Positions 1 to 13,689 of a stretch of 60,000 bases of DNA are shown piece after piece; position 1 is the first letter of the stretch; each line of letters starts with the position of its first letter. The notes below the pieces were generated by a model. It made no database searches and was not told the origin of the DNA. It was given only the letters and a program-made list of their open reading frames with translations. Origin of the DNA: Mobula hypostoma (taxonomy: Eukaryota); NCBI RefSeq assembly GCF_963921235.1, contig NC_086108.1, positions 72,666,001-72,726,000 on the forward strand, in the 5' to 3' direction. The position numbers were made by a program, and so were the translations under genes.

Positions 1-786
1 ATTTGTTGCATCAGCATGGCATATTGATTAGTTCAGTCAGTGAGAAAGTAATAATGAACTAATGAAAACTAAATGATCTCATAAGAATGGGTAATAATAC
101 AGCCATCATAATTAGCTATAACTTCAGATTGCTGGCCACATGCTCTGAACTTGTTAATTAATGACTAATTTGTGTATATAGTATACAGTATTGAAACTAG
201 TACATTTATAAAATGGTATGATTAGCAGCTTGCTCAGAGTTAAGGAGCAAAAGGTGTAGTTTATCAAAGAGGTGGATTAATACATAAAATGTTGATTCTA
301 CCTTTACTTTCTTTTCTGGTTGTGTGTTTGATATTTGCCACTCCCATGTACAAAAGAGTTATCCACTGGAATCCAGCTAATGTGTTGGATCTATTGCCTA
401 TACTTGAGAATGAAAGTCACCTCAACCTCAATAGTCCAAACTATAGTATGCAGACAGTGCTTGGTTATGTGTGTTTTCAAAGGCTAAACTGCAAGGCATC
501 ATTTACCAGAGCAAAGAAGTTTGTGAGAGGGGTCTACCATTCTATCCCTTCTTGACAATGAAGATCTCTTGCAATATCCTGAAAGACATGGATCACTTCT
601 GGTACCTCAGCAAAGGCAGACAGTGATTATGAAATTGGTGTCTCTAGTGCTTCTGCACTTTATCTCTCAAGAACAGAATCTTTGACAATCCAAGGAAAAG
701 ATCCAGTCCTCAAACTATGTACAAATCTCACATGTCTACCAGGCAGCAGGTACTCCTGTCATCTTATCCGCTTCTGAGACCGGGTC

Positions 787-2552
787 TTTACTTTACTTTA
801 TTACTTTATTGTCAACAAACAATTGATACTAGAGCATACAATCATCACAGCGATATTTCATTCTGCGCTTGGCGCTCCCTGGAGTACAAATCAATAGTAA
901 ATATAATAAAAATTTAAATTATAAATCATAAATAGAAAATAGAAAATGGAAAGTAAGATAGTGCAAAAAAACCGAGAGGCAGGTCCGGATATTTGGAGGG
1001 TACGGCCCAGATCGGGGTCTGGATCCGTTCAGCAGTCTTATGACAGTTGGAAAGAAGCTGTTCCCAAATCTGGCTGTACGAGTCTTCAAGCTCCTGAGCC
1101 TTCTCCCGGAGGGAAGAGGTCCGAAAAGTGTGTTGGCTGGGTGGGTAGGGTCCTTGATTATCCTGGCAGCACTGCTCCGACAGCGTGTGGTGTAAAGTGA
1201 GTCTAACGACGGAAGATTGGTTTGTGTGTTGTGCTGCGCCGTGTTCACGATCTTCTGCAGCTTCTTCCGGTCTTGGACAGGACAACTTCCATACCAGGTT
1301 GTGATGCACCCTTGAAGAATGTTTTCTACGGTGCATCTATAAAAATTAGTGATGGTTTTAGGGGACAGGCCAAATTTCTTTAGCTTTCTCAGGAAGTAAA
1401 GGTGCTGGTGGGCCTTCTTGGCAATGGACTCTGCTTGGCTGGACCAAGTCAGGTCATTTGTGATATTGACCCCGAGGAACTTAAAGCTTCTGACCTGTTC
1501 CACCTACGCACCACTGATGTAGATGGGGTCATGCGGTCTGCTACTCCTTCTGAAGTCAACAACCAATTCCTTCATCTTGCTGACGTTGAGGGATAGGTTA
1601 TTGTCTTTGCACCATGCCACCAGGTTCTTAATTTCCTCTCTGTACTCAAACTCATCATTACCCGAGATACGGCCTACAATTGTGGTGTCATCAGCAAACT
1701 TATATATTGAGTTCGATGGAAACTTTGCTGCACAATCCTGGGTGTACACTGAATACAGCAGGGGGCTGAGTACACAGCCTTGTGGGGCACCGGTGCTCAG
1801 AGTGATTGTAGAGGAGAGCTTGTCCCCTATTTTTACAGCCTGGATCCTGTCTGTGAGGAAGTTGAAGATCCAGCTGCAGATCTTAGGATCTTAGTGCTAA
1901 GGCCCAGGTTCCAGAGCTTTGGAATCAGTTTATTTGGAATGATGGTATTAAAGGCAGAGCTGTAGTCAATGAAAAGGAGCCTTACATATGCGTCTTTATT
2001 CTCCAGGTGTTCTAAGGAGGAATGTAGGGCCAGAGAGATGGCATCTGCCATTGACCTGTTGCTCCGGTAGGCGAATTGCAAAGCATCGAGGTTGACCGGT
2101 AGGCTGTGGTTGATGTGTGCCATAACCAATCACTCGAAGCACTTCATAGCAATTGATGTCAGAGCCACAGGTCGATAGTCATTCAGGCATGCCACCTTGC
2201 TCTTCTTCGGCACCAGGATTATCGTTGCCTTTTTAAAACACGAGGGGATCTTAGACTGAAGCAGGGAGCAATTGAAGATGTCAGCAAACACTCCAGCTAG
2301 CTCGTTTGCACAGGCCCGGGGAACCCGTCCCGTGACGCCATCTGAGCCTGTCACCTTCGTTGGATTTATCTTCAGGAAGGCCCTTCTAACGTCCTCCTCG
2401 GTGTCGATGAATCTCGATGCCACCAGGTCTGGTTCATCCGGAGGGGGCAGGATGCTCCTCTTCTGTTCGAATCTTGCATAGAATACATTAAGTTCGTCAG
2501 GAAGAGAAGCGCCACAGTTATTGATATTCCTAGCCTTTTCTTTGCGCCCAGT
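787..2552 (-). mobile_element. Rex1/Babar-type LINE, 5'-truncated, frameshifted RT ORF plus 3' UTR
   Basis: Minus-strand ORFs 2130-2567, 1833-2129, 1504-1749 and 919-1503 give consecutive RT pieces ([53 protein letters not shown]). It ends in a (TAAAG)n-like tail near 787-805. An 8-bp duplication GATCTTAG at 1879-1894 causes a frameshift. Confidence 0.9.
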
Positions 2553-2599
2553 GCTCACAGCAAGCAAGTCAAGGGGTATTGAAACTGTAATTAAAAATC

Positions 2600-2810
2600 A
2601 AAAACTGCAGCTTTTGAAACTGTAGAGTAAAAACAGCAAATGCTGCTAATACTCAGCAGGTCAGGCAGCTGTGGGAAGAGAAACAAAACTAATGATTCAG
2701 ATTGAAGCCACTTTGTCCGACAAATGGTCTTTGGCCTGAAATTTTAGCTCTTTTTCTCTTCCCACAGATGTAGCCTGATCTGCTGAAGGTTTCCAGCATT
2801 ATTATTTCAG
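2600..2810. mobile_element. Old fold-back remnant of PLE 3' end (two inverted arms)
   Basis: ctcagcaggtcaggcagctgtgggaagagaaa is the reverse complement of tttctcttcccacagatgtagcctgatctgctga. It resembles the PLE 3' terminus seen at 11390-11486. Confidence 0.6.
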
Positions 2811-3803
2811 AGTCCTCTGCCAGTCTGACGTCTGCAGCATTGAGGTTTAATTACGCTCAGTTGATTGGTGCAAGCAGACCTGTTATAGTCTTGTCATGGG
2901 ACGAGATTACCAAATGAACGAAAGCCTCATAGATTCAAGCATATTCTCAAAACCCTTTGAAAAAGTTCAATGTACTCAGCAACAACTGAGGATCCCTGGA
3001 AAATGATTACTCATAGTGGAGAAGGAGTATTCTAATTGACGTCAAGAACCTCAGGTCCTTGTATTGAAAGTACAGTATGTAAGCCCAGCATAAACAGTAG
3101 TGGATGCACACCACCTCAAAGATACCCACCTAGTCAAGTATACTTGTCCCCACCTTTGGCAGTGTTGGTGTGTCCCACTTGGGCCATGTCTTTTACACAG
3201 AACCTAAAGAGTAGGAGTGGAAGCAACCCATCCTGAAAGACTGCCAAAGATCAGTTTTGAATGACAGTAACATTTATCTTAAATCACTAACTCTTTCACT
3301 TGAATGATTAAATGAGGAACAATGGATTACCTAGGTGCCTGCCCAACCAAAGGAGAAGATGCAGAATATTGAGCGATTCAATGCAGTTCAGGTCCAGCTG
3401 TTTTCTGTCATGAATCAACGGTGTCTCTAGCGCTTCTGCACATTTTCTCTTGAGAACAGAATCTAGGCTGATAGTTCATAGTAGGGATTGAAAAATTGTA
3501 TTGCTTGAAGATGGAAGAAAAAACTCTTTGACTTTAATCAACAACTTCAATAGATTCAAAGTAGTAGCCAATATATGCACATGAGATTGATGTTAGCTTC
3601 TAGGGTTAAAATTATTTCATTCCATTCTTAGAGTGAGGCATTAATAATTATCTCCCTGTGAAAATGGGTGTATAAGATTCCACCACATTATTTGAAAAAA
3701 AACATAGGGGCTAGGCTATCTCAGTTAACAAATATTCCCTGACCAACACTGAGAAAAATTAACTGCTCAGTCATTTCCCTCTGCCTGAGGGATCATTATT
3801 TCA

Positions 3804-3872
3804 ACATAGAAACATAGAAAGCCTACAGCACAATACAGGCCCATCGGCCATAATGCTGTGCCGATCATGTGG
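3804..3872 (-). mobile_element. CR1 LINE 3'-end fragment
   Basis: aacatagaaacatagaaa tail followed by ctacagcacaatacaggccc, the reverse complement of a CR1 3' terminus. Confidence 0.6.
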
Positions 3873-3964
3873 TTTATAAGTACTAATGTGTTGCTATCTT
3901 GTCTACCTTAGAACAGGCTGCAGATACTTAGGGGTGAAAGGTGAAAAATGCCTCCATATACTAT

Positions 3965-4872
3965 ATGTGGCTAGGTATAGCTCAAATACCATCTATAAAT
4001 TTGCTGATGATACAACCATTGTTGGAGGAATCTCAGGTGATGACGAGAGGGTGTACAGGAGTGAGATATATCCACTAGTGGAGTGGTGTCGCAGCAACAA
4101 CCCAGCACTCAACGACAGTAAGACTAACGAGCTGATTGTGGACTTCAGGAAGGGTAAGATGAAGGAACGCATACCAATCATCATAGAGGGATCAGAAGTG
4201 GAGAAGGTGAGCAGTTTCAAATTCCTGGGTGTCATGATCTCTGAGGACCTAACCTGGTTATTGATGCAGCTACAAAGAAGGCAAGACAGCGACTATACTT
4301 CATTAAGAGTTTGAAGAGATTTGGTATGTCAACGCAAACACTCAAAAACTTTAATAGATGTACTGTGGAGAGCATTCTGACAGGCTGCATCAGTATCTGG
4401 TATGGGGGTGGGTGGGTGGTGAGGGGGGCTATTGCACAGGACCGAAAGACGCTTCAGAGGGTTGGAAATTTAGTCAGCTCCATCTTGGGTACTAGCCTAC
4501 AAAGTACCCAGGACATCTTCAAGGAGCGGTGGCTCAGAAACACAGCATTCATTATTAAGGACCCCCAGCACTCAGGGCATGCGCTTTTCTTGCTGTTACC
4601 ATCAGGTAGGAAGCCTGACGGCACACACTCAACGATTCAGAAACAGCTTCTTCCCCTCTGCCAACTGATTCCTAAATGGACATTGAACCCATGAACACCA
4701 CCTCACTTTTTTATTGTTTCTGTTTTTGCATGATTTTTAATCTATTCACTGTATGTATACTGCATTTTATTTATTTATTTATTTTCTTCTGTATTACGTA
4801 TAGCATTGAACTTCTACTGTTAAGTTAACAAATTTCACAACACATGCCCGTGATAATAAACCTGATTCTGAT
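3965..4872 (+). mobile_element. Rex1/Babar LINE 3' fragment
   Basis: ORFs 3886-4314 and 4311-4694 ([37 protein letters not shown]). The 3' UTR ends in aataaacctgattctgat. Confidence 0.85.
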
Positions 4873-4873
4873 T

Positions 4874-4953
4874 TATATATATATACACATACACACACAC
4901 ACGTATATACATACATACACACACACACATATACATATATACATACACACACA
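4874..4953. repeat. Compound (TA)n/(CA)n/(TACA)n microsatellite
   Basis: Read directly from the sequence, abutting the Rex1 tail. Confidence 0.9.
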
Positions 4954-6098
4954 GTAATATGTATTTAAATGAGATACAAAACAAATTAGAACACTACCAA
5001 AACTTCTCTCATCCACATATTATGTGGAAATATAGCCCAGTGAATTCTGTTTAACTTAAAGCTTTCACAAAGCTGACAGTGATTTTTTTTTGACTTTTCA
5101 GCCAGTTTCTCCCAGCATTACCTCTGTACTAATTGCCAATAAATCAATAAATCCCATCAATAAATCCAAAAGCCTTATATTACTCTAAAATTAACAGTCT
5201 AATCTGTTTGAGGACTGTCTCCATTTTCCCCTACAGCTCATGTTGTAATCCTATATTTAGATAGAATTGTCATCAGAAAAGACAATAGAAAACACAGGGT
5301 TTTTTTAAGTTTCCCAGCATTTTGAACCTTGTTGGTTGGTATCCAGTCAGTGTTCTAGAATGTCAATCATAAAAATACCATCTTATGCCTTTCAATTAAA
5401 GAGTAATGCTGATCTTTTGAAATTGAACTGTTCAGGTACTGGGTTTCAGCAACCGAGTCCAAGTGGCACATTGTATCATGGGAACCAGGTTTCAGTGGCT
5501 GCTATGAGAGAGCTGTATTACAACAAAGCCTAGTGCCAACTTAGGTCATGTAATCAGATATTCCCTCTGTAAAGTGTTATAGAGTATTTTCTCAAAGTGA
5601 AAAATGAATTACTAAGAGAAGCTTGATTGGCCATGACTATTGTTAAGCCAAGAGCCATAACACTGTGAAAGCTAGGCATTAACTCATTGTGATAATTTGA
5701 GTTAAGAAAATGTGATCTCCTTAGACCCACTTTGATACTCTTCATGGAAAATTAATGTAGAGACATGGCAATCTGAACAATTCATTTTCATTTGTTTTTT
5801 ATATTACAAATTGGCAAACTGCATTGGCAAATTAATTGAGATATATTAAGTACAATTCTGACCCAGAGTCTGCTTTGAGTGCAGAGATTATCTGGGACAA
5901 TTACATTCCAGGATATATTTGTTCTCAGGAGGTTTTGTGTTAAGCTCAGGTTTCTATTACCACACATTTGAAAGTGGCCAGATTTAAAATCTACCATAAA
6001 CTAGCAGCATCAGGCAGCTTTTAAAGGCAAGGATTTCAGCTGCTTTTTAGGCTGGTGGCAACTGCACTACTAGCTAACTTGCACTGACCTCTTCAACA

Positions 6099-6268
6099 GC
6101 AACACACAAAGTGCTGGAGAAACCCCTCAGGTCAGGCAGCTTTGATGGAGGGACAGGACATTCACTTGACTGTCTTATTTCCCCCCACAGGCACCACCTG
6201 ATCCACTGATTTTCCTCCAGAGTTTTGTGCTTGCTGCAGTTTACAGCATCTGCAGCCTCTTGTGTCTC
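6099..6268 (+). mobile_element. Miniature fold-back PLE derivative
   Basis: Inverted arm gcaacacacaaagtgctggag..., then direct arm ...ctccagagttttgtgcttgc, then tail cagcatctgcagcctcttgtgtct. Confidence 0.65.
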
Positions 6269-8149
6269 TGTAACCTATCCCACCTATAGATAGCTGGTTC
6301 ACTTTCATACCCTAGCATTGTCTTGTGAAGGGAAGAGGGACAAAAAATGACAAGTCTTTATGTCGAAAGGCACTGTAATCTCTCCCACTTTCCCCAAAAT
6401 ACTCAGACTGCCTTTTAAAAAAACCACTGTTGACAAAAGTCTTAAAACTCTTCTTACTGTTAGATACATTCAGAACTGTTCAAAGAGATTGAAATTTCAA
6501 GTTTAATTATAGGCAATTTGTACTAAAAATTAAAATTATTAAGGTGACGTAAACTTCATAAATCCTTTACTTGTAAGTTACTCTTTTACTCAGGGTCAGC
6601 AACTCATTCAATTATAGTGTATCAGGCTGAAAAATAAGAGCTGGCTTGTGCTAGTTGTTAGTGGCTCTGTACGGAATTGCTATCTTTAGGTAGGTAACAT
6701 CTGAGCCAATGTGTCTGGCCGACCACCTGTGAGCAAGTTGTCATTAACCAAACATTCTTCTTGAAGATAACTTACACAACCATTTACCACTTGGATTACT
6801 GTAAAGTAGTCCCATTCTTACTAAATTGAAATAAAATATTATTTATTTTTCTTTTCAACAGTTTTATTAATTACTTGCATAGACAAAAACAAAATACGTT
6901 ATGATATTATGGAAACAGAAACAAGATTGAAATGCCCCATGACTATGTATAGTAAATTAACCATAATATTGAAAAGGTATATTTTATTCTAATCTAAAGC
7001 AAAATCAAAACCCCATAACAAAACAAGAAAAGAGAAAAAAAATTATTTTTTAAAGCTTGATTTTCTGTCTTTGAATCTCAAAGAAAGACATTTATTTTTA
7101 GAAGCTACTCAAGTGCTTACAAATGTACTAAATTAGCTCACAAGCTCACAATGATGATCAATTAATTCTCGAGGCTTTGGTCAGTCTATTGAGTGGAGTC
7201 AGTTGTTCCAATCCCGCAGGAAAGCTTGAGAACCTACCCAATCTGTGCCAGATAGATTTACTTTAGGGTGATTTCAGGTGAAACATGCTTTTAAAAAAAA
7301 GTGTAGCGGAAACTCCTGTTCCTAAATATGTTCAACGGTATTCTAGATCTAAGTGCCAGCTGGTGCAGCCATGAAGTCCCAATGCTCATGTATAGAAGGT
7401 CAGTTCAGTCAGCCGTCAATGGTTGGAATGGTAAAGCAGCTGCTACATTTGGCTTCAATACTGCCAACAAAAGAATAGAGAAAAAGCACAGCGGTGCTGG
7501 AAAATGGTATCTGTAACTGTCAGATTCACTGATCTTGTCTTCCGTGTTTGAACCACTTGTGGACACTTATGATCTAAGATCAAGCATGGCCAATGTTGGC
7601 AAACTGCTTTCGATTCATACTCAGCAGGAGCATTGGCTTTATGAAAATTCCTTGCATTAATGTAATTTAAAGTAATTTTACTTCTCTATTAAGGTGCTAA
7701 AAGCAAATTATTCATGTTTTAAATCCAATTTTGTTTCCATTAAAATTTCTGTGTTCTAATGTCCAACAACCTGTGACCTCTCCTCTATGACTATGACATT
7801 AGAGTCATTGGAGCTAAACATGCCCTTCAGCCCATCTATTCTATCCCAAGCTATTATTCTGCCTAGTCCTGTCAACTTGTATGTAAACCATAGCTCTCCA
7901 TATGCCTCCCAGGGGTATTGGAGCTATGGCTTAAATTATATTTTTCAGATAAAATTGGCAGAAAAGTCCCCCCCCCCCCCCGTAAGAGCTTATGAGGACA
8001 TTAAAAGCAACTTTGAGGACTACTGGTGCTGGAGGATATACCATGAAAATTAACAGTGAACAGGTCTTCCAGCCTTCTTTAAACTAATTGTTCTTAGATA
8101 CCTAGAAGTATTGGGTTGAAGTCTGACAGCCAACACACTTGCCGTGATA

Positions 8150-8806
8150 ACTTTCTCAAATCATTTAGAACCTACATCGCCCCTACACCATCTCCATCAC
8201 TGTCATTCGTGTCTATAAACAATCTTTCCAGGTGAGCCAACTTGGAAAGTTCATCTGTAAGCTTGCCAGGACCATCTATTCCCAACAGTCTCAGTGCGGC
8301 CTCATCTACATTGGTAAGACCTAATACAGACTGAGGGACTTTTGTCAAATATCTTCACTCTGTCTGCCACAAAAGGCAGGATCTCGCGTTGGCCACACAT
8401 TTCAATTTGACTTCCCCTTCCCATTCTGACATATCTGTCCATGGCCTCCTCTACTGCCATGATACCAAACTCAGGTTGGAGGAACAACACTTTATTTTCC
8501 ATTAGGGTCACCTCCAAGCTGATGGAATGAACATTGATTTCTCTAACCTCTAATAATTTCCGCCACATCCATCCTTCTCTCTTTTTCCATTCCCTGTTCT
8601 GGTTACACGCTACTCCCTTTTCTTCTCTTCACCTGCCAATTGCCTCCTTCTGGTTCCCCTCCTCCTTCCCTTTCTTCCCTGGTCCACTGGCTTCTCCTAT
8701 TAGATTCCTTCTTCTTCGGCCCTTTGCATCTCCAACCTATCCATTCCCAGCTTCTTACTTCATCCCCCTCCCCCTGCACCCTCCCCCCCCCACACACACT
8801 CACTCA

Positions 8807-8857
<51 letters not shown>

Positions 8858-9155
8858 TCCCTCCCCCTCCCCCTCTCCATCTACATCTACATCTCTCTCC
8901 CTCTCCATCTACATCTACATCTCTCTCTCCCTCTCCCCTCTCCCCTCTCCCTCCCCCTCTCCCTCCCCCTCTCCCTCCCCCTCTCCCTCCCCCTCTCCCT
9001 CCCCCTCTCCCCTCCCCCTCTCCCCTCCCCCTCCCCTCCCTCACTCTCCCTCTCCCTTCCCCTCCCTCTCCCTCTCTCTCTCCCCCTCCCTTTCTCTCTC
9101 CCCCTCCCTTTCTCATCCTCTCTCTCTCTCACCGTCTCACCCTCTCACCCTCTCA

Positions 9156-9197
<42 letters not shown>

Positions 9198-9385
9198 TTA
9201 TCCTTCACCTAGTCTCACCTATCACTTGCCAGTGTGTGCTTCTTTCCCTCCTCCCATCTTCTTATTCTGACCCCTTCCTTTCCGGTTCTGAAGAAGGCTT
9301 CAGCGCAAAACATGGATTGCTTATTCCCCTCCATAGAAGCTGCCTGACCTGCTGATTTTCTCCAGAATTTTGTGTGTGTTGCTCT
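8150..9385 (+). mobile_element. Degenerate Neptune-type Penelope-like element (GIY-YIG remnant plus 3' UTR)
   Basis: 8260-8560 aligns by eye with the GIY-YIG coding DNA at 59450-59769 (ctacattggtaagacc, gcaggatctc, ggttggaggaacaacac). It has a pyrimidine-rich 3' UTR and a decayed hammerhead region near 9285-9320. Confidence 0.8.
8764..9195. repeat. (CA)n followed by expanded polypyrimidine (CT/CCCT) low-complexity tract inside the PLE 3' UTR
   Basis: Read directly; this tract explains the spurious His-Thr, Ser-Pro and Arg-Gly ORFs. Confidence 0.95.
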
Positions 9386-10242
9386 AGAATAACATCTTGT
9401 GTTCAAGCAGCTTCCTATTGTGTAATCCAGCCTAAGTAACAATATGACAAAGTTTTCTTTACCATTCCATCTCTCCTTTGTTATCAGTTACCCCAACTTT
9501 CAACTGTCTGCCTGAAGCAAGATCCAGACAATATTCAGAACTGTGTCGGCATTTTAAAAGAAATGGTCACCTGTAACAAGACAGAATATAGTATGACCGT
9601 ATTGTTTATGTTTTTGAGAGTAATACGGACAAGATGGAGTGTTTCTGCTAATGTGGCTGTATGGAACAAGGGGCATTAAAACAGACTAAATGGTCACCAA
9701 TTTAGACCATAAGATATAGAAGCAGAAGTAGGCCATTCGGCCCATTGTGTCTGCTCTGCCATTCAATCATGGACTGATCCAATTCTTCCAGTCATCCCTA
9801 TTCCCCTGCCTTCTCCCCATATCCTTTGATGCCCTGGCTAATCAAGAACCTGTCTATCTGCCTTAAATGCACCCAATGACTTGGCCTCCACAGCCGCTCA
9901 TGGTAACAAATTCCATAGATTTACCACCCTCTGACTAAAGTAATTTCTCCATATCTCTGTTCTAAATGGATGTCCTTCAATCCTGAAATCGTGCCCTCTT
10001 GTCCTAGACTCTCTTCCCATGGGAAATAACTTCACCATATGTAATCTGTTCAGGCCTTTTAACATTCTATGAATTCCCCCCTCATTCTCCTGAACTCCAG
10101 GGAATACAACCCAAGAGCTGCCAGACGTTTCTCATACCCTTTCATTCCTGGAATCATTCTCGTGAATCTTCTCTGAACCCTCTCCAATGTCAGTATATCC
10201 TTTCTAAAATAAGGAGCCCAAAGCTGCACACAGTACTCCAAG

Positions 10243-11486
10243 CAACACACACAAAATGATGGTGGAACGCAGCAGGCCAAGCAGCATCTATAGGAAGAAA
10301 TACAGTCAACGTTTCGGTCGAGACCCTTAGTCAGGACTAATGGAAAAAAGAGATAGTAAGAGATTTGAAAGTGGGAGGGGGAGGGGGAGATCCAAGATGA
10401 TAGGAGAAGACAGGAGGGGAAGGGGGAGCCCGATATGATAGGAGAAGACAGGAGGGGGTGGGATGAAGCCAAGAGCTGGGATGTTGATTGGCAAAAGGGA
10501 TACAAGGCTGGAAAAGGAGGAGTATCATGGGACTGAAGGCCTTGGAAGAAAGAAAGAGGGAGAGGAGCACCAGAGGAAGATGGACAACAGGCTAGGAGTT
10601 ATTGTGAGAGGGAAAGAGAAAAAAATAAATAAATAAATTTACAACAAATTATCCTTGTAAGCGGAACAAGTGCTACACCTGCCCTTACACTTCCTCCCTC
10701 ACCACCATTCTGGGCCCCAGACAGTCCTTCCAGGTGAGGCGACATTTCACCTGTGAGTCTGCTGGTGTGATATACTGTGTCCGGTGCTCCCGGTGCGGCC
10801 TTCTATATATTGGTGAGACCTGACGCTTATTGGGAGACCGCTTTGCTGAACACCTACACTCTGTCCACCAGAGGAAGCAGGATCTCCCAGTGGCCACACA
10901 TTTTAATTCCATGCCCCATTCCCATTCCAATATGTCAATCCATGGCCTCCTGTACTGTCAAGATGAAGTCACACTCAGGTTGGAGGAACAACACCTTATA
11001 TTCCGTCTGGGTAGCCTCCAACCTAATGGCATGAACATTGATTTCTCTAACTTCTGTTAATGCCCCTCCTCCCCTTCTTACCCCATCCCTAATTATTCAT
11101 TTATTATTTTCTCTCTTTCCCTCACAATAACTCCTTGCCTGTTCTCCATCTTCCTCTGGTGGTCCCCTCCCCTTTTCTTTCTTCCAAGCCCTTCCATCCC
11201 ATGATACTTCCCCTTCTCCAGCCTTGTATCCTTTTTGCCAATCAACTTCCGAGCTCTTGGCTTCATCCCTCTCCCTCCTGTCTTCTCCTATCATTTCGGA
11301 TCTCCCCCTCCCCCTCCCACTTTCAAATCTCTTACTATCTCTTTTTTCCATTAGTCCTGACGAAGGGTCTCGACCCGAAACGTTAACTGTATTTCTTCCT
11401 ATAGATGCTGCCTGGCCTGCTGCGTTCCACCAGCATTTTGTATGTGTTGCTTGAATTTCCAGCATCTGCAGATTTTCTCGTGTTTG
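10243..11486 (+). mobile_element. Neptune-type PLE, 5'-truncated, with inverted 5' pseudo-LTR arm and 14-bp TSD
   Basis: 10243-~10638 is the reverse complement of ~11097-11449. 10649-11060 encodes the GIY-YIG C-terminus (GDRFAEHL...RLEEQHLIFRLGSLQPNGMNIDF). Flanked by cacagtactccaag (10229-10242) and cacaatactccaag (11487-11500). Confidence 0.92.
11353..11388 (+). ncRNA. Minimal type-I hammerhead ribozyme motif (PLE-associated), one stem I mismatch
   Basis: agtc-CTGACGA-aGGGTctcgACCC-GAAAC-GTT-aact: conserved core, 4-bp stem II, palindromic ACGT in place of stem III. Confidence 0.75.
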
Positions 11487-13689
11487 CACAATACTCCAAG
11501 TGTGGTCTCACAAGTGCCTTATAGAGCCTCAACATCACATCCCTGCTCTTATATTCTATACCTCTAGGAATGAATGCCAACATTGCATTCACTTTCTTCA
11601 GCTCCGACTCAACCTGGAGCTTAAACTTTAGGATATCCTGTACAAGGACTCCAAAGCCCCTTTGCATTTCTGCATTTTGAATTCTCTCCCCATCTAAATA
11701 ATAGTCTGCCCAATTATTTCTTCCACCAAAGTGCATGACCATACACTTTCCAACATTGTGTTTTGTTTGCCACTTCTTTGCCCATTCCCCTGAACTATCT
11801 AAGTCTCTCAGCAGGCTTTCTGTTTCCTCAACACTACCCGCTCCTCCACCTATCTTGGTATCATCGGCAAATTTAACCACAAATCCATTAATCCCATACT
11901 CCAAATCATTGACATACATTGTAAAAAGCAGTGGTCCCAACACCAGCCCCTGTGGAACTCCACTGGTAACCGGCAGCCAGCCAGAATAGGATCCCTTTAT
12001 TCCCACTCTCTGTTTTCTGCCGATCAGCCAATGCTGCACAAATGCTAGTAACTCCCCTGTAATTCTATGGGCTCTTATCTTGCGAAGCAGCCTCACGTGT
12101 GACACTTTGTAAAAGGCCTTCTGAAAATCCAGGTACACCACATCTACTACATCTCCTTTGTCTACCCTGCTTGTAATTTCCTCAAAAAATTGCAGTAGGT
12201 TAGTCAGGCAGGATTTTCCTTTCAGGAAACCATGCTGGCTTTGGCCTATCATATCATGTGCCTCCAGGTATTCCTTAATTTCATTCCTAACAATCGATTC
12301 CAACAACTTCCCAACCACTGATGTCAGGCTAACAGGTCTATAGTTTCCTTTCTGCTGCCTCACACCCTTCTTACATAGCGGAGTAACATTTGCAATTCTC
12401 CAGTCATCTGGTACAATGCCAGAATCTATCGATTCTTGAAAGATCATTGTTAATGTCTCGGCAATCTCTCCAGCTACTTCCTTCAAAACCCGAGGGTGCA
12501 TGCCATCAGGTCCAGGAGATTTATCCACCTTCAGACCAGAGCACCTTCGTAGTCGTAAGTTTCACTGCACAATCTTCACTTCCCGGACACTCTTGCATTT
12601 CAGGCAGAGATGAGGACTGATGTATTCTCTCATGATCCTTGAGAATTTCTACCTCAGAAACCTATAGAGATGGGATCAGTAAATATTTGCAGATACAAGG
12701 GAGCTTAAGGGGTATAGAGGGAAAGCAAGAAAATGGCATGGAGAATGAGGTTGGATCAGCCAGGAGCTAAATGAACAGCAGAGGAGAGGGTCCAATTTGT
12801 CACAGCGGCAAGGTGAACAGTGGCTTCCCAGTGGCCACCTGTACAGAATCAGTCAGCCGATCTCTTCATGTTCCAGATCCAAACAAGTCAAGAATATTAT
12901 TGGGATCAACACCTTGCACTTGGCCACTTCCACCCTCTCCCATATGGAGCCAGCCAACAACAGTGCTGGGCAGTAAGGGTGATCCTGATTGGCAGCAGAA
13001 GTAAAACAGGAACTGGGTATCACATTCAGAGGATAGCAGCGGCAACAATGGAAGCAGCTTCAGGAGCAGGGGGAGAGGTGGTTGCCATTACCTGAGGAGC
13101 ATGTAGTATGGAGCAGGAGAACAGAGCACAGCGGTAGAGGCAGTAACAAGAGAAATTACAGTGAGCTGAGCAAAAAACTCATGAGAGGAGCCAGGAGTTC
13201 TGGAGAGGCAGCAGGATGCTACAGCCAAAGGAGCCTTTTTTGCACAGAGCACTTTCCTGTCTAGCTATTCAGTGTAAGTTTACTTTGTGAAATTTCCTGC
13301 ATAATTGCAGTAACTTTATACACCCACTCAGAACACAATACATGCTGTCTTTTTGTATTGTCTTCAGTAAGCGTGCTAAAAGTGGTTTGTTCTAGACAAG
13401 GGCTCATTAACTGTGCAGGGTGGCTTTCAGCAGGATCACAATTGAACTGAGGGAAATATGCCACGAATAAATTATAGTGATGATAAACAACTTCCCTGAA
13501 CATTCTTGTAATCTGCTTTGAGAGCCCATTAGATAAGGTATTGGGAAATAATGTAAGGGAAGACACCAGGGTTTCCACTCTTTCAGCCAGGCAGTCCTGA
13601 CTTGATTATGTACTGATGAGTTTGAAGCAGTCTCCATGCCTCATCAGGCACCTTCCTCCAGTAAATCAACAAGTTGTTTTGTTTCTGTT

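Larger units (their letters stand above)
9706..12606 (-). mobile_element. CR1 LINE (RT region plus 3' UTR), interrupted by a PLE at 10243-11486
   Basis: ORF 11383-12528: DKSPGPDGMHPRVLKE, NYRPVSLTS, YLDFQKAF, SGVPQGLVLGP, KFADDTK, LVRPHLEYC. It continues as LEYCVQLWAPYFRKDILTLERVQRR on the other side of the insert. The 3' tail is at 9706-9720. Confidence 0.93.

Noticed and set aside
8534..9355. 273-aa and overlapping ORFs rich in HT, SP, RG and RE repeats
   Set aside because: Translations of (CA)n and C/T low-complexity tracts within a PLE UTR
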